Source: Chrysomallon squamiferum
Lineage: Eukaryota; Animalia; Mollusca
DNA length: 64,000 bases
Assembly: GCA_012295275.1 (NCBI GenBank)
Contig: CM022679.1
Span: forward strand, 27,590,001-27,654,000
Reading direction: 5' to 3'
Shown: positions 30,130 through 44,062 of the stretch, in pieces
Position numbering within the stretch: position 1 is the stretch's first letter
How the letters are laid out: each line of letters starts with the position of its first letter
Notes under the pieces: generated by a model
Seen by the model: only the letters and a program-made list of their open reading frames with translations
What the model was told of the DNA's origin: nothing
Database searches by the model: none
Position numbers and translations under genes: made by a program

Positions 30130-30845
30130 CATTGTCACCTTTATTCATATGTCTTATCTTATTGGATTTTTTATTAATATTAATATTAGTTGTTGTCGTC
30201 GTCCGTATTATTGTTCTTACTACTACTGCTAAACCAACAATAACTGCAACTGTTATCTCTTATTAGGCTGGTGATGCAATTGCTATTACTACTAATAGTA
30301 TTACTAACCCTACTATTAGAACAAAAAAGTTGAATATTAGTGAACAATGAAATTCTGATTAAAATATATTTGTCACTAACATAATCGTCGTTTTTGTTTA
30401 ACTTTGATTTCTATATATTAAGTTAATTTCATTAAACAGAATTTAAAATAAATTCGCTGAGAGAAGATATATTTACTGAACTGGAAGAAAAAATATTAAG
30501 AAAAAAGTAAAAATCTCTGAATAAAGAACAGAAAAATATAATAATAAAAATAATAATCGATTTAAAAAAAAAAATCAATATCAATATAAATATAAATTTA
30601 ACAAATGCTTATAAATAAATGACCAGTCAAAATGTCAGACAAATAACAAACACGCACGCCCACACACACGCACACACATTTATATACGTGTACGTATGTA
30701 TGTATAAACAATGTGAATTTTTATACAAAGCCCGATTTATACTAAAAGCTACAGTCTGAAGTGGTTTCTAATAATGAGTATAGCAAACATTTCTTTATAA
30801 ACTTACATTTTTAGAAAGTTTCATACTTTCTTTCTTTCTTTATTA

Positions 30846-30908
<63 letters not shown>

Positions 30909-31063
30909 TTATTTATTTATTTATTATCTTTTATTTTTATTTACTTACTTTTTTTTTTTTTGGTCTACCAGGTATACTGTCATTGATCAAATATTTACTA
31001 ATTTTCTTATTTCTTTATTTAAGAAATATATCTATATCAAAGCTCTCCATCTCTGTATGTATA

Positions 31064-31106
<43 letters not shown>

Positions 31107-31394
31107 AAGCACATACATGCAAACACACACACACATGCACACACATACACACATGCACACACAAACACACGTATACACACATATATATTTCTACTACTTT
31201 GATTATCATTATGTTCTTATAAATAAATTATTCTAAAGCAATATTAATGTATCAAATTATATGTTTACATCTATCTGTTTTCTGTTACTAGTGTATAATG
31301 TTCTTCAGAAGGCATTGCTTTAGAGAAGAAAAAAAACATTAATAGGTAATTATATGCAAACAAACTACCATTGCTGCTATTTCGTTTTAATTTG

Positions 31395-31498
31395 TAAATC
31401 ATTCTCCACTTCAGCCAGAATGATATGCACGATCCAACTGTGTTTTTACACTCAGAATTCTTACAATCATGAATAACTGAAAAAAATAATAAAAAAAA

Positions 31499-31558
<60 letters not shown>

Positions 31559-31783
31559 AAGAAGAAGAAGAAGAAGAAGAAGAAGAAGAAGAAGAAGAAA
31601 AAGAAAGATGATGAAGGAGAACAAGAACATGAAAAATAATTTATCATTTTCTTGTACAATTAAATCATCTCCACTGTATCCAGTATGACAAGAACATGTG
31701 AATGATCCAATAGATTTTTTGCAGTCAGTTCAATTATTCATACTTGTACATTCATTAATATATGATAATAATAATAATAATAA

Positions 31784-31821
<38 letters not shown>

Positions 31822-31954
31822 TTTATAATCTTACCTGTACAGATAAATCCATCTCCAGTGTATTCAGAATGACAAGTACACGTGTATGATCCAACTGTGT
31901 TTTTAAAATCAGAATTATCACCACAGTTATTAGTAGCTGAACATTCATCAGTAT
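31395..31954 (-). pseudogene. Three inverted Ca-binding EGF exon relics
   Basis: 31954-31835 is a full 120-nt exon, [40 protein letters not shown] (Cys3>Phe), with AG/GT. About 31762-31652 and 31477-31395 are degenerate copies with stops or indels. Confidence 0.8.
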
Positions 31955-33084
31955 CTCTAAATAATAATAATAATCGTACTTTGAATATCCTGTACGAGAA
32001 CTGCCTTTATGTGAAAATAAGTTACCTGTAAAAATACAACCAGGAGCAGAGTATGCTACACGATAAACACATTTCTGAAATCCGCCTATATTACTGTTAT
32101 TTGTATTTATATTATGTCTGTGTAGTTTTGCACAAACACAAAAATTTGCAATCAATTCAGGAATATATATAAATCAAATGAAATAAAAGAAAGTATAATA
32201 CAGTACAATACAATACAATACAATAAAATTAAATTAAATTGAATTAAATAACAGGAAACATTCTTAGATAATACTATGTTATATTTCATTTACCCATCCA
32301 TACATACATCATCCATCGAACCACCTCTCTGTCCATTTGTTTCTGTCGGCCTATTTGTCAATTTGTCTGTCTGTCTGTCTATTTATCTACATAACCATAC
32401 ATGTGTTTGTGTGATATTTTACTTTTATCTTATAAATTTACACATATCCGAACAGACATATCTTAAACGAAAATATATTATGATCATGATTATTATGGTT
32501 ATTATTATGATTATTATTATTATTATTATTACTGTTATTGTTGTTATTACTGTTATCATCATAATTATTATTATTATTATTATTACTTAAGTAATGATAA
32601 AATATGTCAGACAAAAACCAAGTATCTGTCCACTTCAGAGTTGTAGTAGATGCTTTGTAGTATACCACGACAAAGCAGGAAGAAATTCATTTTATTCTCT
32701 TTAGCCAGGATGTTAACACTTAGATGTAGTCTATTAAACACTTTCTCTACACTGAATGAACGTTTTACAACGGATGAAACTTTTAAAACTTTATGTATGA
32801 TGCTTGGAGAGATGTTTATTTATATCTGTGGCCGGATTTAGTCAATACGAGGTTCTTAACAATAAAGACGTTAATTTTATTTATTTATTTATTTTGTAAT
32901 ATTGTTATTTTATTTTATTTTACTTTACTTTTATTTATTTATTTATTTATTTATTGGAAATTTTTTAAAAATTGTAAATCGAGACTCACTTCAAACTGCA
33001 ACGATCTCTGATACGGCATACAAAAGAGGGTTTAGATATAATATGTCATGAATCCATTTAGAAAAAAAAATGAAAAAACAAATG

Positions 33085-33115
<31 letters not shown>

Positions 33116-33465
33116 CAACAACAACAATAATAATAACAACAACAACAACAAGAACAATAATATTATATTTTCGTATAAATATCTATTTCAGCTTATTAGA
33201 TATGGAAGTACATTAGGTATCTTTGAAGGGATGTAAGTACATAAGGAAACACATTCATACATACACATACATGAATACACACCTACACATACATCCACAT
33301 TTCAGAGGTAGTCACACTAGCAGACACACAGACACAACATACAAACATACACATACATGTATACACACATGTATACACACAGAGACAGACAGCCACACGC
33401 ACACACACACGCACAAACACAAACACTTACATATATGCATACCTATATATATGTATTCACATACA

Positions 33466-33872
33466 TAGATATACGAAATAGTGGACGCATTTAGATGTAA
33501 AAACATTGGTACATTTAGATACAAGAAGTAGTGAGGCCTTTGGTATAAGAAATAGTGAGACATTTCGATACAAGAAATAGTGAGGCGTCTAGATATAAGA
33601 AATAGTTAAGACATTTAGATACAAGAAATAGTGAGGCGTCTAGATATAAGAAATAGTTAAGGCATTTAGATATAAGAAATAGTGAGGCGTTTAGACAAGA
33701 AATAGTGGAGATGTTTAAATATGAGACATACTGAGATATTTAGATATAAAAAATAACTAAACACTTAAATATAAGAAATAATTGTGGAATTTAGACGTAA
33801 TAAGTAGTGAAGACATTTAGATATTAAAAGTAACGAAAACATTTACATTTAAGAAATAGCGAGGCATTTAGA
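33466..33872. repeat. 25-26-bp minisatellite, about 15 degenerate copies
   Basis: Consensus about AGATATAAGAAATAGTGAGGCATTT; ends about 180 bp upstream of the gene D ATG. Confidence 0.85.
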
Positions 33873-34050
33873 TCGGACACTTGCATGAATTCAATCTAAC
33901 TGTATGGGTTCCACAGACGAGAGTTGATCCTGCGAGCTACAGCTACAAAGACGAGCTTAACCGTGTATCCAGAAAGAGAAGAGGATAACTTGTCTAATAT
34001 CGAGTTAAACTTCCTAGTTGTACAACAGTTGTTGTTTGAACGAGACCAGG

Positions 34051-34852
34051 ATGAGTTCTTTGTTTCTCTTCTGTGTTTTTATTTTATTATCTCAACAAAC
34101 TTTCACTGAGTTTGGTAAGTCACAGAATTAATATATTTATATAAGCTGCTTGTTTTCGTTCTGTGTTTTATGTCTATTAAAATAATGATAGTTTATTAGA
34201 AACAAATAAATAAACACACTCACATACACACGCAATACCTATACAGACCTATATATTTAGATATCAGTATATGTTTCTTTACATATCTAGAAATCTATCT
34301 ATCTATCTATCCGTACGTTCAGACATCCAGCCATACATACGTACAAACAGACTGACACTGAGACATATATACATGCATACAAAATATACACACATATGTA
34401 GTGGTTTTGTGTTGTAATGTTAATTGTGGTAAAAACCTAAATACAATCAGACCAACAAAAACAAAAAACTGTTTCGTTCGATCCTTTATTAGTTCTGAAG
34501 TTGTTTATGAAAAATATGTACAACTTGCTATATTATAAGTAAATACATATATAAACAGTTGTTTGTGGTACTGAATTATTCTTTTTCTCGGTATCTGAAA
34601 ACAATTTTCTAAAGAGCAAAATGACATAACAGTGTCCATTGCTTTTTGTTTGCTCCATATTGATTTATTTACTTATTTATTTATTTTGTTTTATATTATA
34701 TTATTTAATTTTATTTCATTTCATTTTATTTATTTATTTATTTATTTACTTAATATAAGTTTACTTTGTAATGTTGGATAATGGAAAAAGTATTGTAACG
34801 TTTTCATCAACATATACACACATACACACACACACGACACAAACGGATATAT

Positions 34853-34890
<38 letters not shown>

Positions 34891-35206
34891 TCTGTGTACA
34901 TGTATCTATTTTATTAGGCTCATTTTCACACATATATAATACATGTTGATGTATAATTTATAGTTAATGTAGCTCTAAGAAAGCCAGCGTATCAGAGTTC
35001 TTATAACTGGTTATTTGAATTCAATGCATCCCGAGCTGTTAATGGAAAAACGCGTAGTTCATGGAAACAAAGTATTCTTACGTCTGTGAATAAACCTTAC
35101 ACATGGTGGGAAGTGGATTTACAAAAATCATACTTTATTCATGAAGTTAGAATCTATTTCAGCTACGATTGTAAGTACAAATATTTAGTTTTATTTTATT
35201 TTATTA

Positions 35207-35277
<71 letters not shown>

Positions 35278-37560
35278 TTTGTTTTTGTTATTATCGTTAA
35301 TTTCATTTAGTTTTATTTATTGATATTTTAACACTGAACCATTCATTCCATTTTAACAAAATAAACGTCAGTTAAGGAAAAAGGAATCAGATAAACAATA
35401 TGTATGTATGTACGTATGTATGTATGTATATCTGAGTATGTGTGTGTTCTATTTAATGAAACAATTAGCAAAGTGACAAAACAGTAAAATTCTTCGTCTG
35501 CTTTGTGACAGTGATCATGGGAAAACCCTGAGTTAATAACAAGTGATTTTAATTATTTAATCTACAAGGCGAATGGCACAGAAACGGAGTTCAAGTTTAC
35601 ACAAACACAAAAGAAAGACAAGCTAACAGAGGACATCTGTGTGGAACTGTTACTGGTAAACCAGATGGATCTGACATTGATGATATTACGTCAATCACTT
35701 GTGACGTCACTGCTAGATACGTCACTGTTTACCAAGAAACAGACAATGGACACACAATCCTTCTCCATTTCGCGGAAGTTGAAGTGTTTGGTAAAGTCAA
35801 CAATTCTTTTCTTAACTATTATTTCTGAACCAAAAATATATACGTAGCACTTTGTACAAAATATTTAATACTGAACATGGTAATACTGAAAGCAGTAATA
35901 TTATCAAATAAGAGATTGATTTTGACTAACCAAAGTAATCATTTTTCAAAATGAATTTATTGGGAAGCGCTGTAAAGGAGATCAGAATATTTTGCATAAT
36001 TACCACGGAACAACACCCGCACTGGATTTCGTAGGATCTGTAGTATACGAGGCTCAATTTTCTTTTAAATAATAAATGAATACTGGAAGGTTTTGTTGTT
36101 GCTGCTGTTGTTTAAACATTAATTATTACTTGCATTTCATATCAGTAGTTATGAAGTATGAATCTTTAATGATTACAGAAATCCTAGATATCATATTAAT
36201 ATTGATGATAAAAACATGTTTAAACTTCTTTATAAATATCTCTCTTATTTGTAGGAGAATATTTGATAGTGTAATGTTTTTTCATTTTGACAGATTGAAT
36301 TTGATACAATAAATACAAGAGATTTAACTTCAGTTCGATGGCATGACCTGTACTTGGTGGGGGGTAAAATTTATATTTAGAAAAAAACTAAAACTAATTA
36401 GAAATACTTAAAAATCGTAATTGTATTTAAATGCTAAAAATTACATTAGTTGTTTAAATGTACGTATATCTAAAACACATTTTTAAAAAAAACGCTATTC
36501 TGTACTGAGCTGCAATTCTTCAGCATATACACTTAGGTTATGCTGTGTTAAATTTGACATAAACTTTTAATACTGTATAATTTTGTGCATTCTTTTTATT
36601 TTCAGCCTGTGCACAAAACGTCAGTTATGGAGCTAACTGTGACAAGTTGTGTAGAAATCGTCACTGTCTTTCATCAAATGCACCGTGTAACGTACAGACA
36701 GGAGACTGTGGGGCGGACGGATGTGAACTAGGATGGAATGGAACTGACTGTACACAGGGTATTTTAACATTAGCAATGAAAAAGATAAGATTCAGAAATC
36801 GAATACAATGTTTGTTATTTGATTTCAGTCATTTATTTTGCTGCTTATTCTTTTCTTTTCTTTTTTTTTTCTTTTATATATATATATATTTTAATGGCAA
36901 AAATGACGGACTGGGTGATATCTCTTGACTATATTTTATTTAAGCATGTGATATATATTTTTCCACATGTGGTGGAAGAAGGTGACATAGGTGTCATCTC
37001 CACGACTGTAACCAACAACATTTTTCTTCCTCTTCTTATTGTTCTTTATCTTCATACGATTATTGTTAACGTTTTTATTATTATTATTATTACTACTCCT
37101 ACTACTGTTACTACTACTACTACTACTACTTTCAGATATTGATGAATGTACAAGTATTAATAACTGCAGTGCCAGAGCTGATTGTAAAAACACAATTGGA
37201 TCATACACGTGTACTTGCCATTCTGGATACACTGGAGACGGATCTACCTGTACAGGTAAATTAAGTAGTTTGGGTACTGGAGGGTATTGAGGAAATATTT
37301 TTATTGGCAGTTTATTCATTTTCCTGACTCTGTTGAATTGCAGTAGAAGACGTAATATAACTGTAGCAATAAGAGTAGTGGTTAAGGTAATGGTAGTAGT
37401 TCTAGGAGTTCTAGCAGTAAAAACAGTAGCAGTACTTATACTTCTATGTTAATATGAACTTTTCTCGAATAACAATGAATTTAAATGTGTAGGGGAAATG
37501 ATAACTGACATTTATATATTCTTCTATTTTTTTTTCTTCTTCTTCTTCTTCTTCTTCTTC

Positions 37561-37595
<35 letters not shown>

Positions 37596-39566
37596 TCAGA
37601 TGTTGATGAATGTTCAAATGCTAGTAACTGTAGTGTAAATGCTAATTGCCAAAACACAGTTGGATCATATATGTGTACTTGTCACTTTGGATACAGTGGA
37701 GATGGATTTAGTTGTAGAGGTAAACTAAATAGTTCTTAGTTCTGAAGCGTATCCAGAAAATATATTTTTTCGACAGTTTTATCATTTTCTTACTGTACAG
37801 TAGTAATAGTAGTAGCTGTTGTAGTAGTAATAACAGTAAGTATAAGTATTATTGTTGCTGTCGTTGTAGTAGTACTTCTATGTTGATATCACCTTCTCTC
37901 GAATTACAATGCATTTTCGTGTACAGGTGAAATAAATTATTTTTATTTTATTTTCTTCTTCTTATTATTATTATTACTTTTATCATTAGTCTTTGTGTTG
38001 TTGTTAGTGTTATTTTTACTATAATAATAATTAAAAAAATGATTATTATTATTATAATTAGTAGTAATAGTAGTAGTAGTAGAAGTATTTTTAAGTTTAT
38101 TATTATAATTACAATGATTTTTCAGATATTAATGAATGTACAAGGATCAATAGCTGCAGTACCAGAGCTGATTGTAAAAACACAATTGGATCATACACGT
38201 GTACTTGCCATTCTGGATACACTGGAGACGGATCTACCTGTACAGGTAAATTAAGTAGTTTGGGTACTGGAGAGTATTCAGGGAATATTTTTACTGGCAG
38301 TTTAGTCATTTTCCCGACTCTATTGAATTGCAATAGAAGACGTATTATAACTGTAGCAATAACTGTAGTGGTAGTGGTAGTAGTTCTAGTAGTTCTAGCA
38401 GTTCTAGTAGTAATAGCAGTAGCAATAATCATTTGTATTGCTGTCGTTGTACTCATACTATTATGTTAATATCAACTTTTCTCGAATGACAATGAATTTA
38501 AATGTGCAGGTGAAATGATAAATGACATTTATATATTCTTCTTCTTCTTCTTCTTCTTATTATTATTATTATCATTATTATTATTATTTCAGATGTTGAT
38601 GAATGTTCAACTGCTAATATCTGTAGTGTAAATGCTAATTGCCAAAACACAGTTGGATCATATATGTGTACTTGTCACTTTGGATACAGTGGAGATGGAT
38701 TTAGTTGTAGAGGTAAACTAAATAGTTCTTAGTTCTGAAGCGTATCCAGAAAATATATTTGTTCGACAGTTTTATCATTTTCTTTCTGTACAGTAGTAAT
38801 AGTAGTAGCTGTTGTAGTAGTAATAACAACAAGTATAAGTATTATTGTTGCTGTCGTTGTAGTAGTAATAACAACAAGTATAAGTATTATTGTTGCTGTC
38901 GTTGTAGTAGTACTTCTATGTTGATATCACCTTCTCTCGAATTATAATGCATTTTCGTGTACAGGTGAAATAAATTATTTTAATTTTATTTTCTTCTTCT
39001 TATTATTATTATTACTTTTATCATTAGTGTTTGTGTTGTTGTTAGTGTTATTTTTACTATAATAATAATTTAAAAAATGATTATTATTATTATAATTAGT
39101 AGTAGTAGTAGTAGTAGAAGTATTTTTAAGTTTATTATTATTATTATAATTACAATGATTTTTCAGATATTAATGAATGTACAAGTATCAATAGCTGCAG
39201 TACCAGAGCTGTCTGTAAAAACACAATTGGATCATACACGTGTACTTGCCTTTCTGGATACACTGGAGATGGATTTACTTGTACAGGTAAATTAAGTAGT
39301 TTGGGTACTGGAGAGTATTCAGGGAATATTTTTACTGGCAGTTTAGTCATTGTCCCGACTCTATTGAATTGCAATAGAAGACGTATTATAACTGTAGCAA
39401 TAACTGTAGTGGTAGTGGCAGTAGTTCTAGTAGTAATAGTAGTAGCAGTAATCATTTGTATTGCTCTCGATGTACTTATACTTCTATGTTAATATCAAGT
39501 TTTCTCGAATGACAATGAATTTAAATGTGCATGTGAAATGATAAATGACATTTATATATTCTTCTT

Positions 39567-39653
<87 letters not shown>

Positions 39654-40027
39654 TCAGATGTTGATGAATGTTCAAATGCTAATAACTGTAATGTAAATGC
39701 TAATTGCCGAAACACACTTGGATCATACACGTGTACTTGCCATTCTGGATACAGTGGAGATGGATTTAGTTGTAGAGGTAAACTAAATAGTTCTTAGTTC
39801 TGAAGCGTATCCAGAAAATATATGTTTTCCACAGTTTAATCATTTTCTTTCCGTACAGTAGTAATAGTAGTAGTAGTAATAGCAGTAACTCTAAGTATTA
39901 TTGTTGCTGTCGTTGTAGTAGTACTTCTATGTTGATGTCACCTTCTCTCGAATTACATCGCATTTTCGTGTACAGGTGAAATAAATTATTTTTATTTTAT
40001 TTTCTTCTTCTTCTTCTTCTTCTTCTT

Positions 40028-40058
<31 letters not shown>

Positions 40059-40202
40059 TTATTATTATTATTATTATTACTATTATCTTTCGTGTTTGTG
40101 TTGTTGTTAGTGTTATTTTACTATTATAATAATAATAATTATTATTATTATTATTATCATTATTATTATTATAAGTAGTAGTAGTAGTACACATTTTAGA
40201 TC

Positions 40203-40248
<46 letters not shown>

Positions 40249-40946
40249 TAGTAGTAGTAGTAGTAGTAGTATTTTTACGATATTTATTATTATTATAATT
40301 ACGATGGTTTTTCAGATATTGATGAATGTACAAGTATTAATAGCTGCAGTACCAGAGCTGATTGTAAAAACACAATTGGATCATACACGTGTACTTGCCA
40401 TTCTGGATACGCTGGAGATGGATTTACTTGTACAGGTAAATTAAGTAGTTTGGGTACAGGAGAGTATTCAGGGAATATTTTTCTCAGCAGTTTAGTCATT
40501 TTCCCGACTCTATTGAATTGTAGTAGAAGACGTATTATAACTGTAGCAATAAGAGTAGTGGTAGTGGTAGTAGTTCTAGTAGTTCTAGCAGTTCTAGTAG
40601 TAATAGCAGTAGCAGTAGTCATTTGTATTGTTGTCGTTGTACTTTTACTTCTATGTTAATATAAACTTTTCTCGAATGACAATGAATTTAAATGTGCAGG
40701 AGAAATGATAAATGACATTTATATATTCTTCTTTTTACTTCTTGTTCTTGTTCTTGTTGTTCTTCTTCTTATTATTATTATCCATTCTATTATCTTTCGT
40801 GTTTGTGTGAAATTGTTGTTGTTATTTTATTTTTATTATAATAATAATAATTATTATTATTATTATCATTATTTGTTGTTAGTGTTATAGTACTATTATA
40901 ATAATAATAATTATTTTATTATTATTATTATTATAAGTTATAGTAA

Positions 40947-40999
<53 letters not shown>

Positions 41000-42154
41000 T
41001 TTTTACGATATTTATTATTATTATAATTACGATGATTTTTCAGATATTGATGAATGTACAAGGATCAATAGCTGCAGTACCAGAGCTGACTGTAAAAACA
41101 CAATTGGATCATACACGTGTACTTGCCTTTCTGGATACACTGGAGATGGATCTACCTGTATAGGTAAATTAAGTAGTTTGGGTACTGGAGAGTATTCAGG
41201 GAATATTTTTCTCGGGGAATATTTTTTGCAGTAGAAGACGTAGTAGTAGTCATTTTAATAATAGCAGTAGCAGTAGTCATTTTTATTGCTCTCGTTATAC
41301 TTATATTATTATGTTAATATCAACTTTTCTCGAATGACAATGAATTTAAATGTGCAGTGAAATGATAAATGATATTTATATCTTCTTCTTCTTCTTCTTC
41401 TTATTATTATTATTGTTATTATTATTATTATTATTATTAAATATATTATTATTATTATTATAATTATTATTATTATTATTTCAGATCTTGATGAATGCAA
41501 AAGCATTAAGTGTGCTGGAAATGATGACTGTGAATACAGAGAAAATGGTTTTAGCAGTGGCGGTAAATCATTTTGTATTATGACTACTTTATCGTTTTCC
41601 CCCTTCTTATTCAATATTAGTAGTAGCATTAGTAGTAGTAGAATAAGTAGCAGTAGTAGCAGTAGTAGCAGAAGTAGTAGTAACAGTAGTAGTAGTAGTA
41701 ATGGCAGTAGAAGTGTTAGTGATTATAGTATTTCTGTTATCGCTGCTGTCATCATTGCTATTTTTATTATTGCTGTTGTTGTTATTATTATAATTTTTAT
41801 TATTATAAAGATTCTGATGCAGACAGAAGTACAAACAACTGTAGTAAAAATGCTGATTGTATAAACACAGATGGATCTTACACGTGTAGTTGTCATACTG
41901 GATACAGTGGAGATGGATTTACCTGCACAGGTTAGAAAGTGTATCTTTATTTCTCTCCTTGGATCTTCTTATAATTTTTCATATTGTTGTTGTTGTTTTT
42001 TCTTTTTATTCTTGTTGCTGTTCTTGCCTTTGTTAGGTAAAGGTAAAATTATAAATAATTTTTCATATTTTTTATCATAATATTCATCGTCATCATCTTC
42101 TTGTTCTTGTTCTTGTTCTTCAACTGTACAGGTATTATTATTATTATTTTTTTT

Positions 42155-42185
<31 letters not shown>

Positions 42186-44062
42186 CTTTCAGATATTGAT
42201 GAATGTTCAAATGCTAATTACTGTAGTGAAAATGCTAATTGCAAAAACACAATTGGATCTTACGTTTGTACTTATCATTATGGATACAGAGGAAATGGAT
42301 TTACTTGCACAGATAAAATTATGAATTATTGTTCACATTGTTGTTCTTCTTCTTGTTCTTTTGCTATTGTTTGTTAGATTTATTATCATTATTATTATTA
42401 TTATTATTTTTCAGATTTTAATGAATGTTCAGATACTAATAACTGTAATAAAAATGCTAGCTGTAAAAATACAGATGGATCGTACGCATGTACTTGTCAT
42501 ACTGGATACAATGGAGATGGATTTACCTGTACAGGTTAGATAGAGTAACCCAATGTCTCTCTTTGAATCTCATTGTAATTTTTTCATATTTCTTAATTAT
42601 TTGTATTGTTGCTATTGTTGGTGTTTTTGTTGTTGTTGTTCTTCTTCTTATTATTATTATTATTATCATGTTATTATTATTAAATACAAATCGATCATAC
42701 TCGTGTACTTGTCACAATGGATTCAGTGCAGATGGATTTACCTGTACAGGTTAGATGGAGTAACCCCATTTCTCTCTTTGTTTCTTCTTATAATTTTTCA
42801 TATTTCTTAATTAGTTTTTATTGTTTTTGCTATTGCTGTTGTTGTTGTGGTGCTGTGTGGTTTGTTTTTATTATTATTACTATTATTATTGTTACTATTA
42901 TTATTATTAGTAGTAGTAGTAGTATCGTTATTATTAGTAGTAATGTTGTTGTTGATATTTTCAGATGTTGATGAATGTTCAAATACTAATAACTGTAGTA
43001 AAAATGCTGATTGTAAAAACACAGTTGGATCATACACGTGTACTTGTCACTGTGGATACAGTGGAGATGGATTTACTTGTACAGGTAAACTAAATAGTTT
43101 GGGTTACTGGGAACTATACAGAGAATATTCTTCTAGACAGTTTTATTATTTTCCCATCTACCGTGAGTTATAGTAGCAGAAGCATTAGTAACAGTAGCAA
43201 TATTAGCAGCATTAGTAATAGCAGTAGCAGTTGCTGTCGTTGTCGTAGTATGTATATGTTGATATTACCTTTTCTCGACTGACAACCCATCAACTAATAT
43301 TATTTTACTTTACAGTTGTGTCAATTCAAGTGACTAACGAGCTAACACGTTCTTTGGCCGTCACAACTGGAATATTGATTCTGCTTTTACTTATTTCTAT
43401 TACTGTTATACTTATGTAAGTAACTGAAATTAAAGTTATTAAATTGTTATCAGTATGAATGGTTCATACCAAATAGATAAATTGACGTTAATCGTAATAA
43501 ACTAGAAACGTCTGTTTGAAGCTCTTGTCTCAAGTAAATTAGCTTTTATATTTTTTATTTTATTTATTTTCTTTTTTTAATTACTTATGTTTTTCATTTC
43601 TTTTGAGGAATAATACTGTCTCAAGTGTCGAAACAGACACATATTTGTAACTTATTGCCAAATACCTTACAAATTAAATCAGAAACAATATTTTTTATAG
43701 CTTCTTATATTTTAATATACAATAATGACACGGAACTATTAAGAATGAAACAAAAATTTGTTTCTATTAAAAACAAAAACAAATTACAAGCAAGTTGACT
43801 GTAAGTAACTTAATTAAGTTATTCATTTTAGACTCGTAAAAAACCAAAGGGAAGGAACTCCAATGATAATTTGGAAAAAGAAAAAGAAGAACCTCATCAC
43901 ACAACAAACTTGTGCTATTCTCAGGAGATGCGTGTGATTCCTGCTGTTGAAGCGATTTACGTGAACGCTCGATTTGAAACGGAAAACCAACAGACGGACG
44001 AATACATTTACGATAACCTGGACTGTGGAGAAGAGGCATGTTATGAAGTCATAAAGTTGTAA
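34051..44062 (+). CDS. Gene D: F-type lectin-like / EGF-like / multi Ca-binding EGF / TM receptor with ITAM-like tail (tail frameshifted as assembled)
   Basis: Leader 34051-34114; FTP 34964-35170 and 35569-35790; EGF-like 36606-36758. Six-Cys cbEGF 120-nt exons at 37136, 37600, 38126, 38593, 39167, 39658, 40316, 41044, 42415, 42965; variant exons 41485-41562 and 41811-41930; dead exons 42193-42312 (GT>AT) and about 42683-42749 (no acceptor). TM 43316-43415; tail 43832-44062 ending IYVNA...[20 protein letters not shown]. Confidence 0.82.

Noticed and set aside
33466-33872. CRISPR-like array
   Set aside because: Head-to-tail degenerate units with no unique spacers, eukaryotic context and no cas genes.
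43791-43831. 10-nt micro-exon (CAAGTTGACT|GTAAGT) that would restore the ITAM frame in D
   Set aside because: It needs a 31-nt downstream intron and has an A-rich acceptor. A 1-nt deletion fits the paralog alignment better.
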